From a virus (taxonomy: Duplodnaviria > Caudoviricetes): a stretch of DNA of 54,155 bases. Made by a program: the position numbers and the translations under genes. Under the pieces are notes generated by a model. That model saw only the letters and a list, made by a program, of their open reading frames with translations. It did no database searches and was not told the DNA's origin. The stretch is taken from the IMG/VR virus record IMGVR_UViG_3300022602_000132, positions 1 to 54,155 of that record; one strand, given 5' to 3'. Positions 28,372 through 38,647 of the stretch are shown here, piece after piece; position 1 is the stretch's first letter, and the number at the start of each line of letters is the position of its first letter.

Positions 28372-28398
28372 TGGTTACCTACTAAAAGAAAGTTAAAC

Positions 28399-31300
28399 AT
28401 GTCTGACTTTGTTCACTTGCACGTACATTCGCACTACTCCCTGATGGATGGTTTAAATACCCCTCGTGAGTTGTTGCAGGCTGCAAAAGATATGGGTCAG
28501 ACAAGTTTGGCTATCACAGATCATGGAACGTTGTCATCTCATAGAGATATGCAAATCGCAGCTAAAGAATTAGGCATGAAGCCTATACTCGGTCTAGAGG
28601 CTTATATCTCGGCTACGGACCGTTTCGATAAAAGAGCAGTTGCAAAACGAGATGACAACACTTCCTTGTATAACCACATTATTCTTTTGGCAAAAGATGA
28701 TTTGGGACTTAAGAATCTTCAAAAGCTTTCTCAGATTGCTTGGACAGAAGGCTACTATCACAAGCCAAGAATTGATATTGATTCCCTTTGGGAATTTGGT
28801 GACGGTATAATTGTATTGTCTGGTTGCATGAATGGCTTAATGTCAAAAGCAATTGAACGTGGGGATAATGAAAAGGCAAGAGAGTATGTCAAAATGTTTA
28901 AAAATCGTTTTGGCAAAGACTTTTATATCGAAGTGCAAGCTCATAATCCCAAAGAATTGAATATCGCTCTGCTTAAACTAGCAGACGAATTGGGGGTGAA
29001 GCCAGTTGCTACAGGCGACTGTCATTTTGCAAAGAAAACTGAGAGGGATTTGGAAGAACTCCTACTCATCCTCTCAACCAAGCCAGCCCAAAATAAAGAA
29101 GCAGATTATGAAAGTGGTCGTAAAAGATCTACTATCCTTGATCGCTTTGATCATATTTATCCCGATAGGCCTATTAGTTTCGCTGATATTAACGTTTATA
29201 TTCAATCCCGCTCTGAAATTGAGGCAGACTTTGTTGCAGCGGGTTTTGAAAGAAAAGACATATACGAATCATCTGTAGAGATATCGGATAAGGTAGAGGA
29301 ATACGAATTTCAAGAAAACCTTGATTTGCTTCCAGTACCTAAAAAGAATGCATTAAAAACATTAAAAGAGATGTGTGAAACATCATTAAGTGAAAAGGGT
29401 TTAGAAGATGAAGTATACAAAGAAAGACTCCAAGAAGAGCTTCAAGTCATTTCTGATAAAAACTTTGCTAGTTACTTCCTTGTTGTTAGCGATATGGTTA
29501 ATTGGGCAAAAAACAACCAAATCATGGTTGGCCCAGGACGAGGATCCGCTGCTGGAAGTTTAGTATGTTATTTGCTGGGTATTACAGAAGTAGACCCAAT
29601 TAAGTTTGATTTGCTGTTCTTTAGATTTATTAATCCAGAGCGTAATGACTTCCCTGATATTGATACGGATTTTATGGACCGTCGTCGAGGTGAAGTAAAA
29701 GAATACCTAAGAAAAAAATTCAAGCATGTAGCATCTATATCTACCTATACATATTTTAAGGATAAAGGTGTTATTCGTGACGTAGCAAGAGCTTTTCTTA
29801 TCCCACTAGGAGAAGTTAATAAGGCTCTAAAGGGAGTTGAAACTTTCGATGAATATGAAGTGTCGCCAAGCACTGCAGAGTTTAGAACCAAGTATCCAGA
29901 AGTAACTAAGTATGCCTCTATGTTGCGTGGTAAGATTCGTTCTAATGGTATGCATGCTGCGGGAGTCGTTGTAGCTAAAGATGATATTAGCAAGTATGTT
30001 CCTATTGAAACACGTAAAGACCCAGACGATTCAGTCTCTGGACGTATCCCAGTGGTTGCTTATGACATGGAGCAAACAGCAGATCTGGGCTTGATTAAGC
30101 TTGATGTGCTCGGACTTAAAACACTTTCTGTCATTGATGATGCTATTACTATTATTAAAAATAATAAAGGTGAAAACGTTGTATTAAAAGATATTCCCCT
30201 AGATGATGAAGCAGTTTATGCAGATTTATCAAGTGGTTTTACTAAAGGTGTCTTTCAAGCTGAAGCAACGCCATACACCAATCTACTAATGAAGATGGGG
30301 GTAGATAATTTTGAAGACCTTGCTGCATCCAATGCTTTGGTACGTCCAGGAGCAATGAATACTGTAGGAGCCTCTTACATTAAGCGTAAGCGTGGTGAAG
30401 AAATGATTACATATGCCCATCCAATTATGCAGGAGTTTACAAAGCGTACATACGGAGTTATTATTTATCAAGAACAGGTTATGCAGGCTTGCGTACACTT
30501 GGGCGGTATGTCATGGGCAGATGCAGATAAAGTTAGAAAAATTATCGGAAAGAAGAAGGATGCAAGTGAATTTGATGCGTACAAAGACCAATTTATTACG
30601 GGTGCTTCACGTCACATTACCGTTGAAGATGCCACAAAGCTATGGCATGATTTTGAAGCTCATGCGGGTTATTCGTTTAACCGTTCTCATGCTATTGCTT
30701 ACTCTATGCTATCTTATTACACTGCTTGGCTTAAGCACTATTTTCCTATTGAGTTTATGTTTGCCATTCTCAAGAACGAAAAGGATAAAGATGCTCGTAC
30801 GGATTATCTCATCGAAGCAAAGCGATTGGGTATTAAAGTTCTTCTCCCGCATATTAACGAATCTGCACTAGAATTTACAATTCAAGGCAACTCTTTAAGG
30901 TTTGGTTTGTCGGATATTAAATATATATCTGATAAGGTAGGAAGCAAAATCATAGCTAACAGACCTTATAAATCAATGACAAATTTTACTGAGGTTGCGG
31001 GAATGAAGGGTAGTGGAATTAATTCGAGAGCAATAGACTCCCTAAATTCTATTGGTGCTGCATCCTTCAAAGATAACCCATTACGTGGAACTGAGAATGA
31101 AAACCTTTACGAATATTTGGGTATTCCAAAGTTTGATACAGGAAAGCTAAGCCCAAAGATTAAAGCACAAGTTAACCCGTTAGAAGATTTTCTTGAGCAG
31201 GGATGCTTTGTTTTGCTAGCCATGGTTAAGTCAATTAAAAAGGGTCCAACTTGGTCAAGAGTTGAGCTTGTTGATGATACAGGATCAATCGGTATTTTTC

Positions 31301-31674
31301 ATGAAGTCAATACTCAGATTGAGCCAGGCATGATGTATTTCTTTTTGGTCGGAGATAATAGAATTCACAAGTATGTAACAGTTGAAGATGTTGTAAATCA
31401 AGTTGATGATACATTTGTTCACTGGTTATATCGTGATAAGTTAAAGATTGACACAGGCAAGAGGCTTGTGGTAGACTTTACACACTACAAAACAAAAGCT
31501 AATAAAATGATGGCTCATATTATTTTATCTGATGCAGATAAAAATCTAGAGCGTGTTATTGCTTTTCCTAAGTTCTATCCCACTGCTTTAGGCAAGATGA
31601 GAACAGGAATGATTTGTGACCCAGCCATTTCTAAAATGGATGATGGCACTCTATATGTAAAGGAGGTGATTTAA
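28399..31674 (+). CDS. dnaE: DNA polymerase III alpha subunit
   Basis: PHP (HLHVHSHYS, TDHG), GRGSAAGS, PDIDTD, HAAGVV, KLDVLGL, YSFNRSHA. Confidence 0.95.
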   Translation: MSDFVHLHVHSHYSLMDGLNTPRELLQAAKDMGQTSLAITDHGTLSSHRDMQIAAKELGMKPILGLEAYISATDRFDKRAVAKRDDNTSLYNHIILLAKDDLGLKNLQKLSQIAWTEGYYHKPRIDIDSLWEFGDGIIVLSGCMNGLMSKAIERGDNEKAREYVKMFKNRFGKDFYIEVQAHNPKELNIALLKLADELGVKPVATGDCHFAKKTERDLEELLLILSTKPAQNKEADYESGRKRSTILDRFDHIYPDRPISFADINVYIQSRSEIEADFVAAGFERKDIYESSVEISDKVEEYEFQENLDLLPVPKKNALKTLKEMCETSLSEKGLEDEVYKERLQEELQVISDKNFASYFLVVSDMVNWAKNNQIMVGPGRGSAAGSLVCYLLGITEVDPIKFDLLFFRFINPERNDFPDIDTDFMDRRRGEVKEYLRKKFKHVASISTYTYFKDKGVIRDVARAFLIPLGEVNKALKGVETFDEYEVSPSTAEFRTKYPEVTKYASMLRGKIRSNGMHAAGVVVAKDDISKYVPIETRKDPDDSVSGRIPVVAYDMEQTADLGLIKLDVLGLKTLSVIDDAITIIKNNKGENVVLKDIPLDDEAVYADLSSGFTKGVFQAEATPYTNLLMKMGVDNFEDLAASNALVRPGAMNTVGASYIKRKRGEEMITYAHPIMQEFTKRTYGVIIYQEQVMQACVHLGGMSWADADKVRKIIGKKKDASEFDAYKDQFITGASRHITVEDATKLWHDFEAHAGYSFNRSHAIAYSMLSYYTAWLKHYFPIEFMFAILKNEKDKDARTDYLIEAKRLGIKVLLPHINESALEFTIQGNSLRFGLSDIKYISDKVGSKIIANRPYKSMTNFTEVAGMKGSGINSRAIDSLNSIGAASFKDNPLRGTENENLYEYLGIPKFDTGKLSPKIKAQVNPLEDFLEQGCFVLLAMVKSIKKGPTWSRVELVDDTGSIGIFHEVNTQIEPGMMYFFLVGDNRIHKYVTVEDVVNQVDDTFVHWLYRDKLKIDTGKRLVVDFTHYKTKANKMMAHIILSDADKNLERVIAFPKFYPTALGKMRTGMICDPAISKMDDGTLYVKEVI

Positions 31675-31931
31675 TGACAGACGAAACAACACCAGTAGAT
31701 GCAGCACCTGCTGATCCAGGAATTCAGATTAGCGTAGAACAGATCCTAGCATCTATTCTATCTTTGGGACCTTCAACAGTTCCTTTGGAGAATCTTGTTG
31801 CAAATTATGGCGGTAAGAATATTGCTGTAAATCAAGACCCAGATACAAAGGCAGTAACTTTTGAGCTTGCTGATATCGTTCTTCCAGTAGAAGATAACGA
31901 GCCAGTAGCAGAAAATACTCCTGCGGAATAG
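31674..31931 (+). CDS. Acidic hypothetical protein
   Basis: GGAGGTG SD, coupled to dnaE stop. Confidence 0.55.
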   Translation: MTDETTPVDAAPADPGIQISVEQILASILSLGPSTVPLENLVANYGGKNIAVNQDPDTKAVTFELADIVLPVEDNEPVAENTPAE

Positions 31932-31947
31932 TGTATAATATAAGTAT

Positions 31948-32202
31948 ATGGCTGACTCCTATGTACTTAAAGGAACGGAGAACGAGTATCTTCTGGTTAT
32001 AAGAGCAGAAGATGAAAAAGCAATCTATCTCGTTATAGACGCTTTGTCAGCAAGTCGTAACGAACAAATAAAAGAAGTAGCAGTTGAATTAGAGAAGAGT
32101 TTACATGATAACGGAAGAGATTCTAGCAAAGCTGGATCCAAAAACAAGAGCAAGATTACAACTAGCAACAACAGTAAACGTAGAAAAGCAAAAGACACCT
32201 AG
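31948..32202 (+). CDS. Hypothetical protein overlapping recA start
   Basis: TATAAT 8 nt upstream of ATG. Confidence 0.45.
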   Translation: MADSYVLKGTENEYLLVIRAEDEKAIYLVIDALSASRNEQIKEVAVELEKSLHDNGRDSSKAGSKNKSKITTSNNSKRRKAKDT

Positions 32203-33103
32203 TATTGGTTTAACAATGGCCCTTAAGGGTGGCTTAGGTTTTGGTCGCCAAGTTCTTATTTGGGGAAATAAATCTGCTGGAAAATCATCATTCTGTTTGC
32301 AGATGATTGGTCAGGCTCAAAAAGAAGGTAAGACATGTGCATGGATTGATGCAGAAGCATCATATGATCCAGCATGGGCTGCACGATTGGGCGTTGATTC
32401 AGACTCTCTTATATATTCGCCTGCTAAATCTATTAATGATATGGTTGATGTTGCACAACAACTTATGGAAGCGGGAGTAGATATTATTGTTGTAGATTCT
32501 ATTTCAGCACTACTCCCCGCCATCTATTTTGAAAAAGATAGTTCTGATCTAAAGAAACTTGAAGACACCAAGCAGATTGGTGCAGAAGCAAAGGATATGA
32601 CACATGCAGTCAAAATGCTTAACTACGCTAACAAAAACACGTTACTCGTTCTTATTTCTCAGCAGAGAAACCAATTTGGTTCTATGCATGCAAGCCACAT
32701 CCCAACAGGGGGCATGGCAGTTAAGTTTTTCTCCAGCACCGTTATCAAGCTTTGGGCATCGGAAGCTGATGCGAATGCTATTAAGTCTGGAGTCCAAGTT
32801 GGCGACAAGATTATTGAACAAAAAGTTGGCAGACCTGTCAACTGGATCATTGACTACAATAAAACTGGACCAATGGGCCTCAGCGGTCAATATGATTTTT
32901 ACTTCCAAGGGGATCAAGTCGGAGTTGACTCCGTTGGAGAAATCCTAGATGTTGCTGAAATGATGGGTATTGTACAAAAAGGCGGGGCTTGGTATACAGT
33001 TGGAGAAGAACGTTTTCAAGGTAGGTCAAAGACCGTAGAGTATATTAGAGAGAACCCCGATATTGCACAGAAGTTAATTGGAGAGATATATGACAAGTCT
33101 TGA
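32105..33103 (+). CDS. recA: RecA/UvsX-like recombinase
   Basis: GNKSAGKS Walker A, WIDAE, VVDSISAL, PTGG, GAWY...FQG. Confidence 0.92.
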   Translation: MITEEILAKLDPKTRARLQLATTVNVEKQKTPSIGLTMALKGGLGFGRQVLIWGNKSAGKSSFCLQMIGQAQKEGKTCAWIDAEASYDPAWAARLGVDSDSLIYSPAKSINDMVDVAQQLMEAGVDIIVVDSISALLPAIYFEKDSSDLKKLEDTKQIGAEAKDMTHAVKMLNYANKNTLLVLISQQRNQFGSMHASHIPTGGMAVKFFSSTVIKLWASEADANAIKSGVQVGDKIIEQKVGRPVNWIIDYNKTGPMGLSGQYDFYFQGDQVGVDSVGEILDVAEMMGIVQKGGAWYTVGEERFQGRSKTVEYIRENPDIAQKLIGEIYDKS

Positions 33104-33287
33104 TAAATTTAATGAAAGAACTCAGGATGTAATTCATAAAGCAGAAGAGCATGATATTGCCCTAGGCATGTTTAGTTGTCAAAATTCTGAATGTCAAGAA
33201 GTTAACACAGAAGCAGATATAGACAAGTCCAGAAACAAGCTTAGCTGGGTTTGTTCCAATGGGCACAAATCGAGTGTAGCTTTCTAA
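33090..33287 (+). CDS. Small zinc-binding protein
   Basis: GGAG SD; C-x4-C...WVCSNGH. Confidence 0.55.
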   Translation: MTSLDKFNERTQDVIHKAEEHDIALGMFSCQNSECQEVNTEADIDKSRNKLSWVCSNGHKSSVAF

Positions 33288-33985
33288 TGTCTTACGAGGT
33301 AAATGCATATTTGCAAAATAAAGAAGTCAGAATAGATCCTCTTACAATCAAAAGAGATTTTTTTGATAATTCTGATGGAAAAGCTGCATATAGATGTTTA
33401 CCAATATCTTCAGCAAATATTATTGGCTGGGGCATATCATTTCCAGAAGACATATCTTTTATATGGGATGGAGAGCTTAATAATTTTCAGGAACATGTAA
33501 AGATATTGTCTGGTGAAAATTATATAGTGCCAATGGAAAATAAAACATTATCATTTAATTCGGGAATATCCTTAAAAACTGGTGAAGACTTAAGTGTTTT
33601 TTTGTTTCCAGTTCCAAATCAATTTTCAAATGAATGGTCAACTATGTCTGCAGTATTTTCTACTTCTTTTTATAACGATGAAGTAAGGCCAGCAATAGTA
33701 TTGCATAAATCAAACCAAGTGATTACAATTAAAGCAGGCACACCAGTAGCAGCACTGATACCAATATCTTTAACAAACTTAAATAACTCTACAATAAAAG
33801 TAGAAGATTGGGATAACAAAGATTTTTCTGTTTACAATGAAGACTATGCAAAAGCAATGGAAGATTCTAGGTACGCACCAGAGCTTGTAAGTTTTTACAG
33901 AAATGCTTGGAACCATAAAAAAGAAAAAATTGGCAAGCATGAAGTAAGTTATTTAAATTTAAAAACAATAGGTTATGAGGAATAA
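33287..33985 (+). CDS. DUF6065-like protein
   Basis: 'AYRCLPISSANIIGWGISFPEDISFIWDG', 'PVPNQF', 'IKAGTPVA'. Confidence 0.7.
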   Translation: MSYEVNAYLQNKEVRIDPLTIKRDFFDNSDGKAAYRCLPISSANIIGWGISFPEDISFIWDGELNNFQEHVKILSGENYIVPMENKTLSFNSGISLKTGEDLSVFLFPVPNQFSNEWSTMSAVFSTSFYNDEVRPAIVLHKSNQVITIKAGTPVAALIPISLTNLNNSTIKVEDWDNKDFSVYNEDYAKAMEDSRYAPELVSFYRNAWNHKKEKIGKHEVSYLNLKTIGYEE

Positions 33986-34293
33986 TGTCTGAAAGAGGAG
34001 AAGTAAAACGTGATGGTGCAAAAGCTCAAAAGAATTCTGGTAGAGGCGTATATCAAAAGGGTGATAGCCAATGGCATGATTTCGTGGTTGATTATAAGGA
34101 GTATAGTAAATCCATCTCCATTTCAAAAGAAATTTGGGCGAAAATTTGTACGGATACTTTTAAGGTTAGCAGGGACAAGTATCCTGTACTTAAATTAATT
34201 TTGGGTGGGGAAGGTCAAAAGACTAGACTTGCTGTTATAGAATGGGCTTTGTTTGAGCAAATGGTAGAGGCTTGGGAGGAAAAAAATGTATAG
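33985..34293 (+). CDS. PD-(D/E)xK nuclease, Holliday junction resolvase-like
   Basis: 'SER...NSG...KGD...VDYKE' pattern. Confidence 0.65.
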   Translation: MSERGEVKRDGAKAQKNSGRGVYQKGDSQWHDFVVDYKEYSKSISISKEIWAKICTDTFKVSRDKYPVLKLILGGEGQKTRLAVIEWALFEQMVEAWEEKNV

Positions 34294-34975
34294 TGCTGAA
34301 GTTTATCCAATGAATCATAATGTTCCTACTGCAAAAATAAAACAGCTTGGAGTAAAGCGTGATTGGATGCATACAAGTATTTATAACTGCACACCGTTGA
34401 CTTTGGCAAACACTTTTGGTTATGGAGTTTATTTTGATAAAGATATTTCTTTTATCTGGGATGGAGATGTTAGGAATCCAGCACAAGTTTTAAAGGGAGA
34501 ACAGTTCTTTGGACCAGATCGTGGAGGAGGAACAGTTAGTTTTCATACAAATTTAATTTTTAAAACTGATGAGAATACTAGCCTATTAACAATGCCAGTA
34601 CCAAATCAACCATTAAAAGATGCAACTGTTTTAACAACTATACTGTCTACTTCATTTTTTACACAGCTACTGCCCATAGTTTGGAAATTAGAAGTTCCAA
34701 ATAAAGAATATTTTGTTCCAGCAGGAACATGTGTAGGAGCAATATTACCAATATCTGTGGGTAGTTTTCAAAATTCAAGTTTAAATTTTCATAAAGAAGA
34801 AGCTCCAGATCAACATATTCATGCCGATGAATATATAAAGGCTTTAAAAGAAGGTCAAAGACAAGGAAAGTTTTTGCGTTTTTATCACAAGGGTATAGAC
34901 CAAAATGGAAAAGTTATTGGAAAACATGAAGTAAAGAACTTAAGACTAAATGTAAATGAGGCTAAAGATGTTTGA
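34286..34975 (+). CDS. DUF6065-like protein (second paralogue)
   Basis: 'YNCTPLTLANTFGYG...DISFIWDG', 'PVPNQ', 'PAGT', 'IGKHEV'. Confidence 0.7.
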   Translation: MYSAEVYPMNHNVPTAKIKQLGVKRDWMHTSIYNCTPLTLANTFGYGVYFDKDISFIWDGDVRNPAQVLKGEQFFGPDRGGGTVSFHTNLIFKTDENTSLLTMPVPNQPLKDATVLTTILSTSFFTQLLPIVWKLEVPNKEYFVPAGTCVGAILPISVGSFQNSSLNFHKEEAPDQHIHADEYIKALKEGQRQGKFLRFYHKGIDQNGKVIGKHEVKNLRLNVNEAKDV

Positions 34976-35822
34976 AAAACTAAGAGTCGCACCACAAATT
35001 GTTGTCTATAAAAATCTTCTTAAAAATTCAGATGAACTAATAGCTTTAATAGAGGACAAAGATAAAAAAAATTCTTTATGGCCTAACTGGGAGCCTTGGT
35101 ATGATCAAGGAGAAAATATCAATCAACTTTTTTCAAGAAGTGAATTTGAACCTGCAGACAATCCAGAAAAAGCAATGCTTAAATATATTTCCGAGGTTTA
35201 TGACTTTATTCAAAAGGATTATATGGATGAGTATTCGGGGGACAAAGGAGTTTGGCCTGATTATATAAGTCAATGGAGTAAAGTCTACGATAAGCTAGAT
35301 CCAATTCATATTAATATATATAAGTATAGCGATGAGCATTTTAGTAAAAAAAATAAAAAAGGTTTGATGCTTGAGTATCATGTTGATGAGATGCCAGAAG
35401 TAAATGAATCCCCTTGGCATCAAATTGCTACTATCACTTTTTATCTCAATGACAATTATGAAGGTGGAGAAATTTGCTTTTATTCTGAAGCAGAAAATAA
35501 GGCCTATAAGTATAAGCCTAAAAAAGGAGATGTCACAGTCTTCCCTTCTGGGGCACCTTTTTATCATGCTGTAGAAAACTTTTCGGGTGCTGATAGATAC
35601 TTTATGAGAATCTTTATTCCTTATTCCACAGAAGGCGATAAAGAGTTTATTGAAAAAAGTGTTTTTTATGATCAAGAGTTTATGAGAAAGCAAGAAGATA
35701 AAATAAATGATTTTGTATCTAAATATACTCATGCTGTTACACTTCAATTTCCAGGGCAACAAGTAGACAAAGTGTATGGCAAGCTGGTACAATTAGATGA
35801 GCAGATTAATATTATAGAATAG
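34968..35822 (+). CDS. 2OG-Fe(II) oxygenase (long subtype)
   Basis: YHVD...YLNDNYEGGEI...YKPKKGD..VFPS...YHAV...RYF. Confidence 0.85.
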   Translation: MFEKLRVAPQIVVYKNLLKNSDELIALIEDKDKKNSLWPNWEPWYDQGENINQLFSRSEFEPADNPEKAMLKYISEVYDFIQKDYMDEYSGDKGVWPDYISQWSKVYDKLDPIHINIYKYSDEHFSKKNKKGLMLEYHVDEMPEVNESPWHQIATITFYLNDNYEGGEICFYSEAENKAYKYKPKKGDVTVFPSGAPFYHAVENFSGADRYFMRIFIPYSTEGDKEFIEKSVFYDQEFMRKQEDKINDFVSKYTHAVTLQFPGQQVDKVYGKLVQLDEQINIIE

Positions 35823-35829
35823 GTTTATT

Positions 35830-36720
35830 TTGGATAAAATAGTTATAGAGCCAATGATACATGTGTATCAAAACGTGTTTTACAATATTGATGATATTTT
35901 TAATTTTGTAAAAAGCACAGAAGAATATAAAGAGAATACTGGCATGCTAGAAACTTGGCAGGAGTGGGCGGGATTTTGGAAGGGCGGGGCTTTAAAGACA
36001 GAAAGTCGTAAGCTAAGCAACAATCCTACAGAAGAACAGAAAAAGTATATAGGAGAGATCGTAGATGCTTTTTTAAAAGTCTCAAAAGATTATTTAAATG
36101 ATTACAAGAACAATGATGCTTGGCCAGATTTTATTGAAGACTGGAGCAACCTAGATCAGCACCCTTGGAGAAACGATACTTATATTGATTTTTTAAAGTA
36201 CAATAAAAATCAACCCGAGCATCTGGCAGATAGTTTAATTGCAATGAATTATCATACAGATTTTGACAATTTTGATAAGGAATCTGCAGATAATAAAAAA
36301 GTAATTACTGTAACTATTTACCTTAATGATAATTATGAGGGAGGTGAAATATCTGTATATTCACCTGAAACTGAAAAAATTTATAACTATAAGCCCAAGG
36401 CAGGTGACATTGTTGTATTTCCTTCAGGAATGAATTATTACCATGGTGTCTTATCGTTTTATGGAAATGACAGATATTTGGTCAGAATGTTTAAAACATA
36501 CGAGTATGCTGGCTCAGAGGAATGGTTGAAGAATAAACAATTCTATGGTGAAGATGTCTGGGAAAGCATGGAAAAGAAAAGATTACAGCATGCTTGGGAG
36601 AACGGATATAACTTAGTAAAAATGGTTTTTTCAGATAAAAGTTTGGGTAACCTAAACTTAAATGAAATACAGATAAAAGAAGATCCAATTTATATAGACG
36701 GGACAAAAAATGATAACTGA
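35830..36720 (+). CDS. 2OG-Fe(II) oxygenase (long subtype)
   Basis: YHTD...YLNDNYEGGEI...YKPKAGD..VFPS...YHGV...RYL. Confidence 0.85.
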   Translation: MDKIVIEPMIHVYQNVFYNIDDIFNFVKSTEEYKENTGMLETWQEWAGFWKGGALKTESRKLSNNPTEEQKKYIGEIVDAFLKVSKDYLNDYKNNDAWPDFIEDWSNLDQHPWRNDTYIDFLKYNKNQPEHLADSLIAMNYHTDFDNFDKESADNKKVITVTIYLNDNYEGGEISVYSPETEKIYNYKPKAGDIVVFPSGMNYYHGVLSFYGNDRYLVRMFKTYEYAGSEEWLKNKQFYGEDVWESMEKKRLQHAWENGYNLVKMVFSDKSLGNLNLNEIQIKEDPIYIDGTKNDN

Positions 36721-36892
36721 AGATAGTCAAGAAGAATTTTTAATTTGGTTTAATAATGGTGTTGAAAGAGGATGGATTTCAGATATGGTGTGTGCTACAC
36801 ATGATGGCATACCTCCTATTGATGAAGAAGAAGAAAAAGAATGGGAAGCTGGCGGGGACCCTTGTCAGTTTGTAGTAAGAATACTAGAATAG
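36710..36892 (+). CDS. Small acidic hypothetical protein
   Basis: 'GVERGWISDMVCATHDG...GGDPC'. Confidence 0.55.
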   Translation: MITEDSQEEFLIWFNNGVERGWISDMVCATHDGIPPIDEEEEKEWEAGGDPCQFVVRILE

Positions 36893-36899
36893 GAAAAAT

Positions 36900-37364
36900 A
36901 TGAATATATATGATTTTAGCTATACAGATAGTAATGGAGAGCAAGTACCATTTTCTAATTATAAGGGCAAGGTCTTGCTGGTAATTAATGTTGCAAGTCA
37001 TTGTGGGTTTACCAAGCAATATGAAGGCCTTGAAAAGCTTTACAAAAAGTATAATCAGCAAGGTTTTGAAATTGTTGCTTTTCCTTGTAACCAATTTGGT
37101 GCACAGGAGCCAGGAAATATTGAAGAGATTAAAGAATTTTGCAAGTTAAATTATGATGTAACATTTACTATAGCGTCTAAGATTGATGTGAATGGTGAAG
37201 ATGCTGCTCCATTTTATAAGTACTTGACTTCAGAAATTGGAAAAGAGATAGCTTGGAATTTTGAAAAATGCTTGATTGATAAGTATGGTAAAGTAGTTAA
37301 CTATGCACCACATAGAGAGCCACACGAAATGGAAGAATTCCTAAGCTTTATATTGATTCAGTAA
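36900..37364 (+). CDS. Glutathione peroxidase family protein (Cys-type)
   Basis: NVASHCGFTKQY, FPCNQFGAQEPG, WNFEK. Confidence 0.92.
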   Translation: MNIYDFSYTDSNGEQVPFSNYKGKVLLVINVASHCGFTKQYEGLEKLYKKYNQQGFEIVAFPCNQFGAQEPGNIEEIKEFCKLNYDVTFTIASKIDVNGEDAAPFYKYLTSEIGKEIAWNFEKCLIDKYGKVVNYAPHREPHEMEEFLSFILIQ

Positions 37365-37379
37365 AAGGATGATTAAAAA

Positions 37380-38324
37380 ATGATTGATAAAACAGTAGTA
37401 ATCCCAAAGGTAGTAATCTATCATAATGCACTAGAGAAGGTTTCTGGCATTCTAGAGCTTGCTAAAAATGGACAAAACCATGAGGATTCGCATGGAATAA
37501 TGCAGGGAATAAGTCCTTGGGGTTACTACGGCACTCTTATACAGGTAAGAAATTATAATCATGATATTCTTGAAAGCGATTCAAAAGAAGAAATCAATCA
37601 AAAAGAACTATTAAACTCTTTGTATGATTCTTTTGATGATGTTGTTATGGATTATATAAGTGAGTACAAGGATTCTGGTGGGTGGCCAGAGTATATAGAT
37701 CCCGAGCATATTGATGGTTTGGGAGACTATAAGAATAATCAATTTTGGAATTCTAGCTGGCTATCCTTTTTAAAGTATCACCCTAGAGATTATGTCTTAG
37801 ATAATTTAAATCGTGAGTCTGGAGATAAGAAAAGATTTGCTATGGAATTTCATACAGATTATGATGAAAGATTTTCTGAGATTCCAGAATCAAAACCGTT
37901 TATAACTGTGACTGCTTATTTAAATGATGATTATACTGGCGGTGAGATTTGCTTTATTGATGAGGTTACTGGTAAGCTATATTCTTATAAACCTAAAGCG
38001 GGCGATATAACAGTTTTCCCCTCTTCAGCACCGTATTGGCATGGAGTGTTGCCAGCCTATGATTCCGAAAGGCACCTGATTAGAACATTCCTTATGTACA
38101 ATTATCCAGGAGATAAGGAAGTTATAAATAAGTATGGAAAACAAGATACTGATTTTTGGACAAAATTTAAAAAAGAAAAGTATCAAGAGTTAGAAAAAAC
38201 TAATGATCCTAAATACATGTTGACTCTTGTATTTTTGCCAGGAGAAGAAGTTAATGTTGATGAAAAAGAATATAGAAAAGTTATATCAATTAAAGAAGGA
38301 CCTATAAAAGTTGGTGAGGAATAA
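37380..38324 (+). CDS. 2OG-Fe(II) oxygenase (long subtype)
   Basis: FHTD...YLNDDYTGGEI...YKPKAGD..VFPS...WHGV...RHL. Confidence 0.85.
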   Translation: MIDKTVVIPKVVIYHNALEKVSGILELAKNGQNHEDSHGIMQGISPWGYYGTLIQVRNYNHDILESDSKEEINQKELLNSLYDSFDDVVMDYISEYKDSGGWPEYIDPEHIDGLGDYKNNQFWNSSWLSFLKYHPRDYVLDNLNRESGDKKRFAMEFHTDYDERFSEIPESKPFITVTAYLNDDYTGGEICFIDEVTGKLYSYKPKAGDITVFPSSAPYWHGVLPAYDSERHLIRTFLMYNYPGDKEVINKYGKQDTDFWTKFKKEKYQELEKTNDPKYMLTLVFLPGEEVNVDEKEYRKVISIKEGPIKVGEE

Positions 38325-38647
38325 TGGAAAAACCAGTAATTGAATTAATTAGTGAGCTTACAGAATTTAATGATATGAAAGCTTACATGAATGATGCTGA
38401 CCTTGATTACGCTTTAGACTTGATCATTAAGCTAATTGCTAAACCAGATGTTCCATCAACAAAAGCACCTGACCTTATTGTAAAAATGCAAGCCCTTGCT
38501 GCTAAATTTGCAATCATGTCTAGGTATTACACCACTTTTGAAAAAGGCGGAGAGAACTCAAAGAAAAAGAACGTATACTACACAGCAGAAGAAGCAATTA
38601 ATAGACTCGTTGATGCTCTTAAGTATTCAGCAAGATTTGGAGCATAA
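38324..38647 (+). CDS. Hypothetical helical protein
   Basis: GAGG SD, coupled ORF. Confidence 0.55.
   Translation: MEKPVIELISELTEFNDMKAYMNDADLDYALDLIIKLIAKPDVPSTKAPDLIVKMQALAAKFAIMSRYYTTFEKGGENSKKKNVYYTAEEAINRLVDALKYSARFGA

Noticed and set aside
32105-32202. 98-nt overlap of 31948..32202 with recA as a designed dual-coding region
   Set aside because: The overlapping tail is low-complexity S/K-rich and most simply a stop-codon drift.
36900-37364. Selenocysteine-containing glutathione peroxidase
   Set aside because: Active-site codon is TGT (Cys), not TGA.
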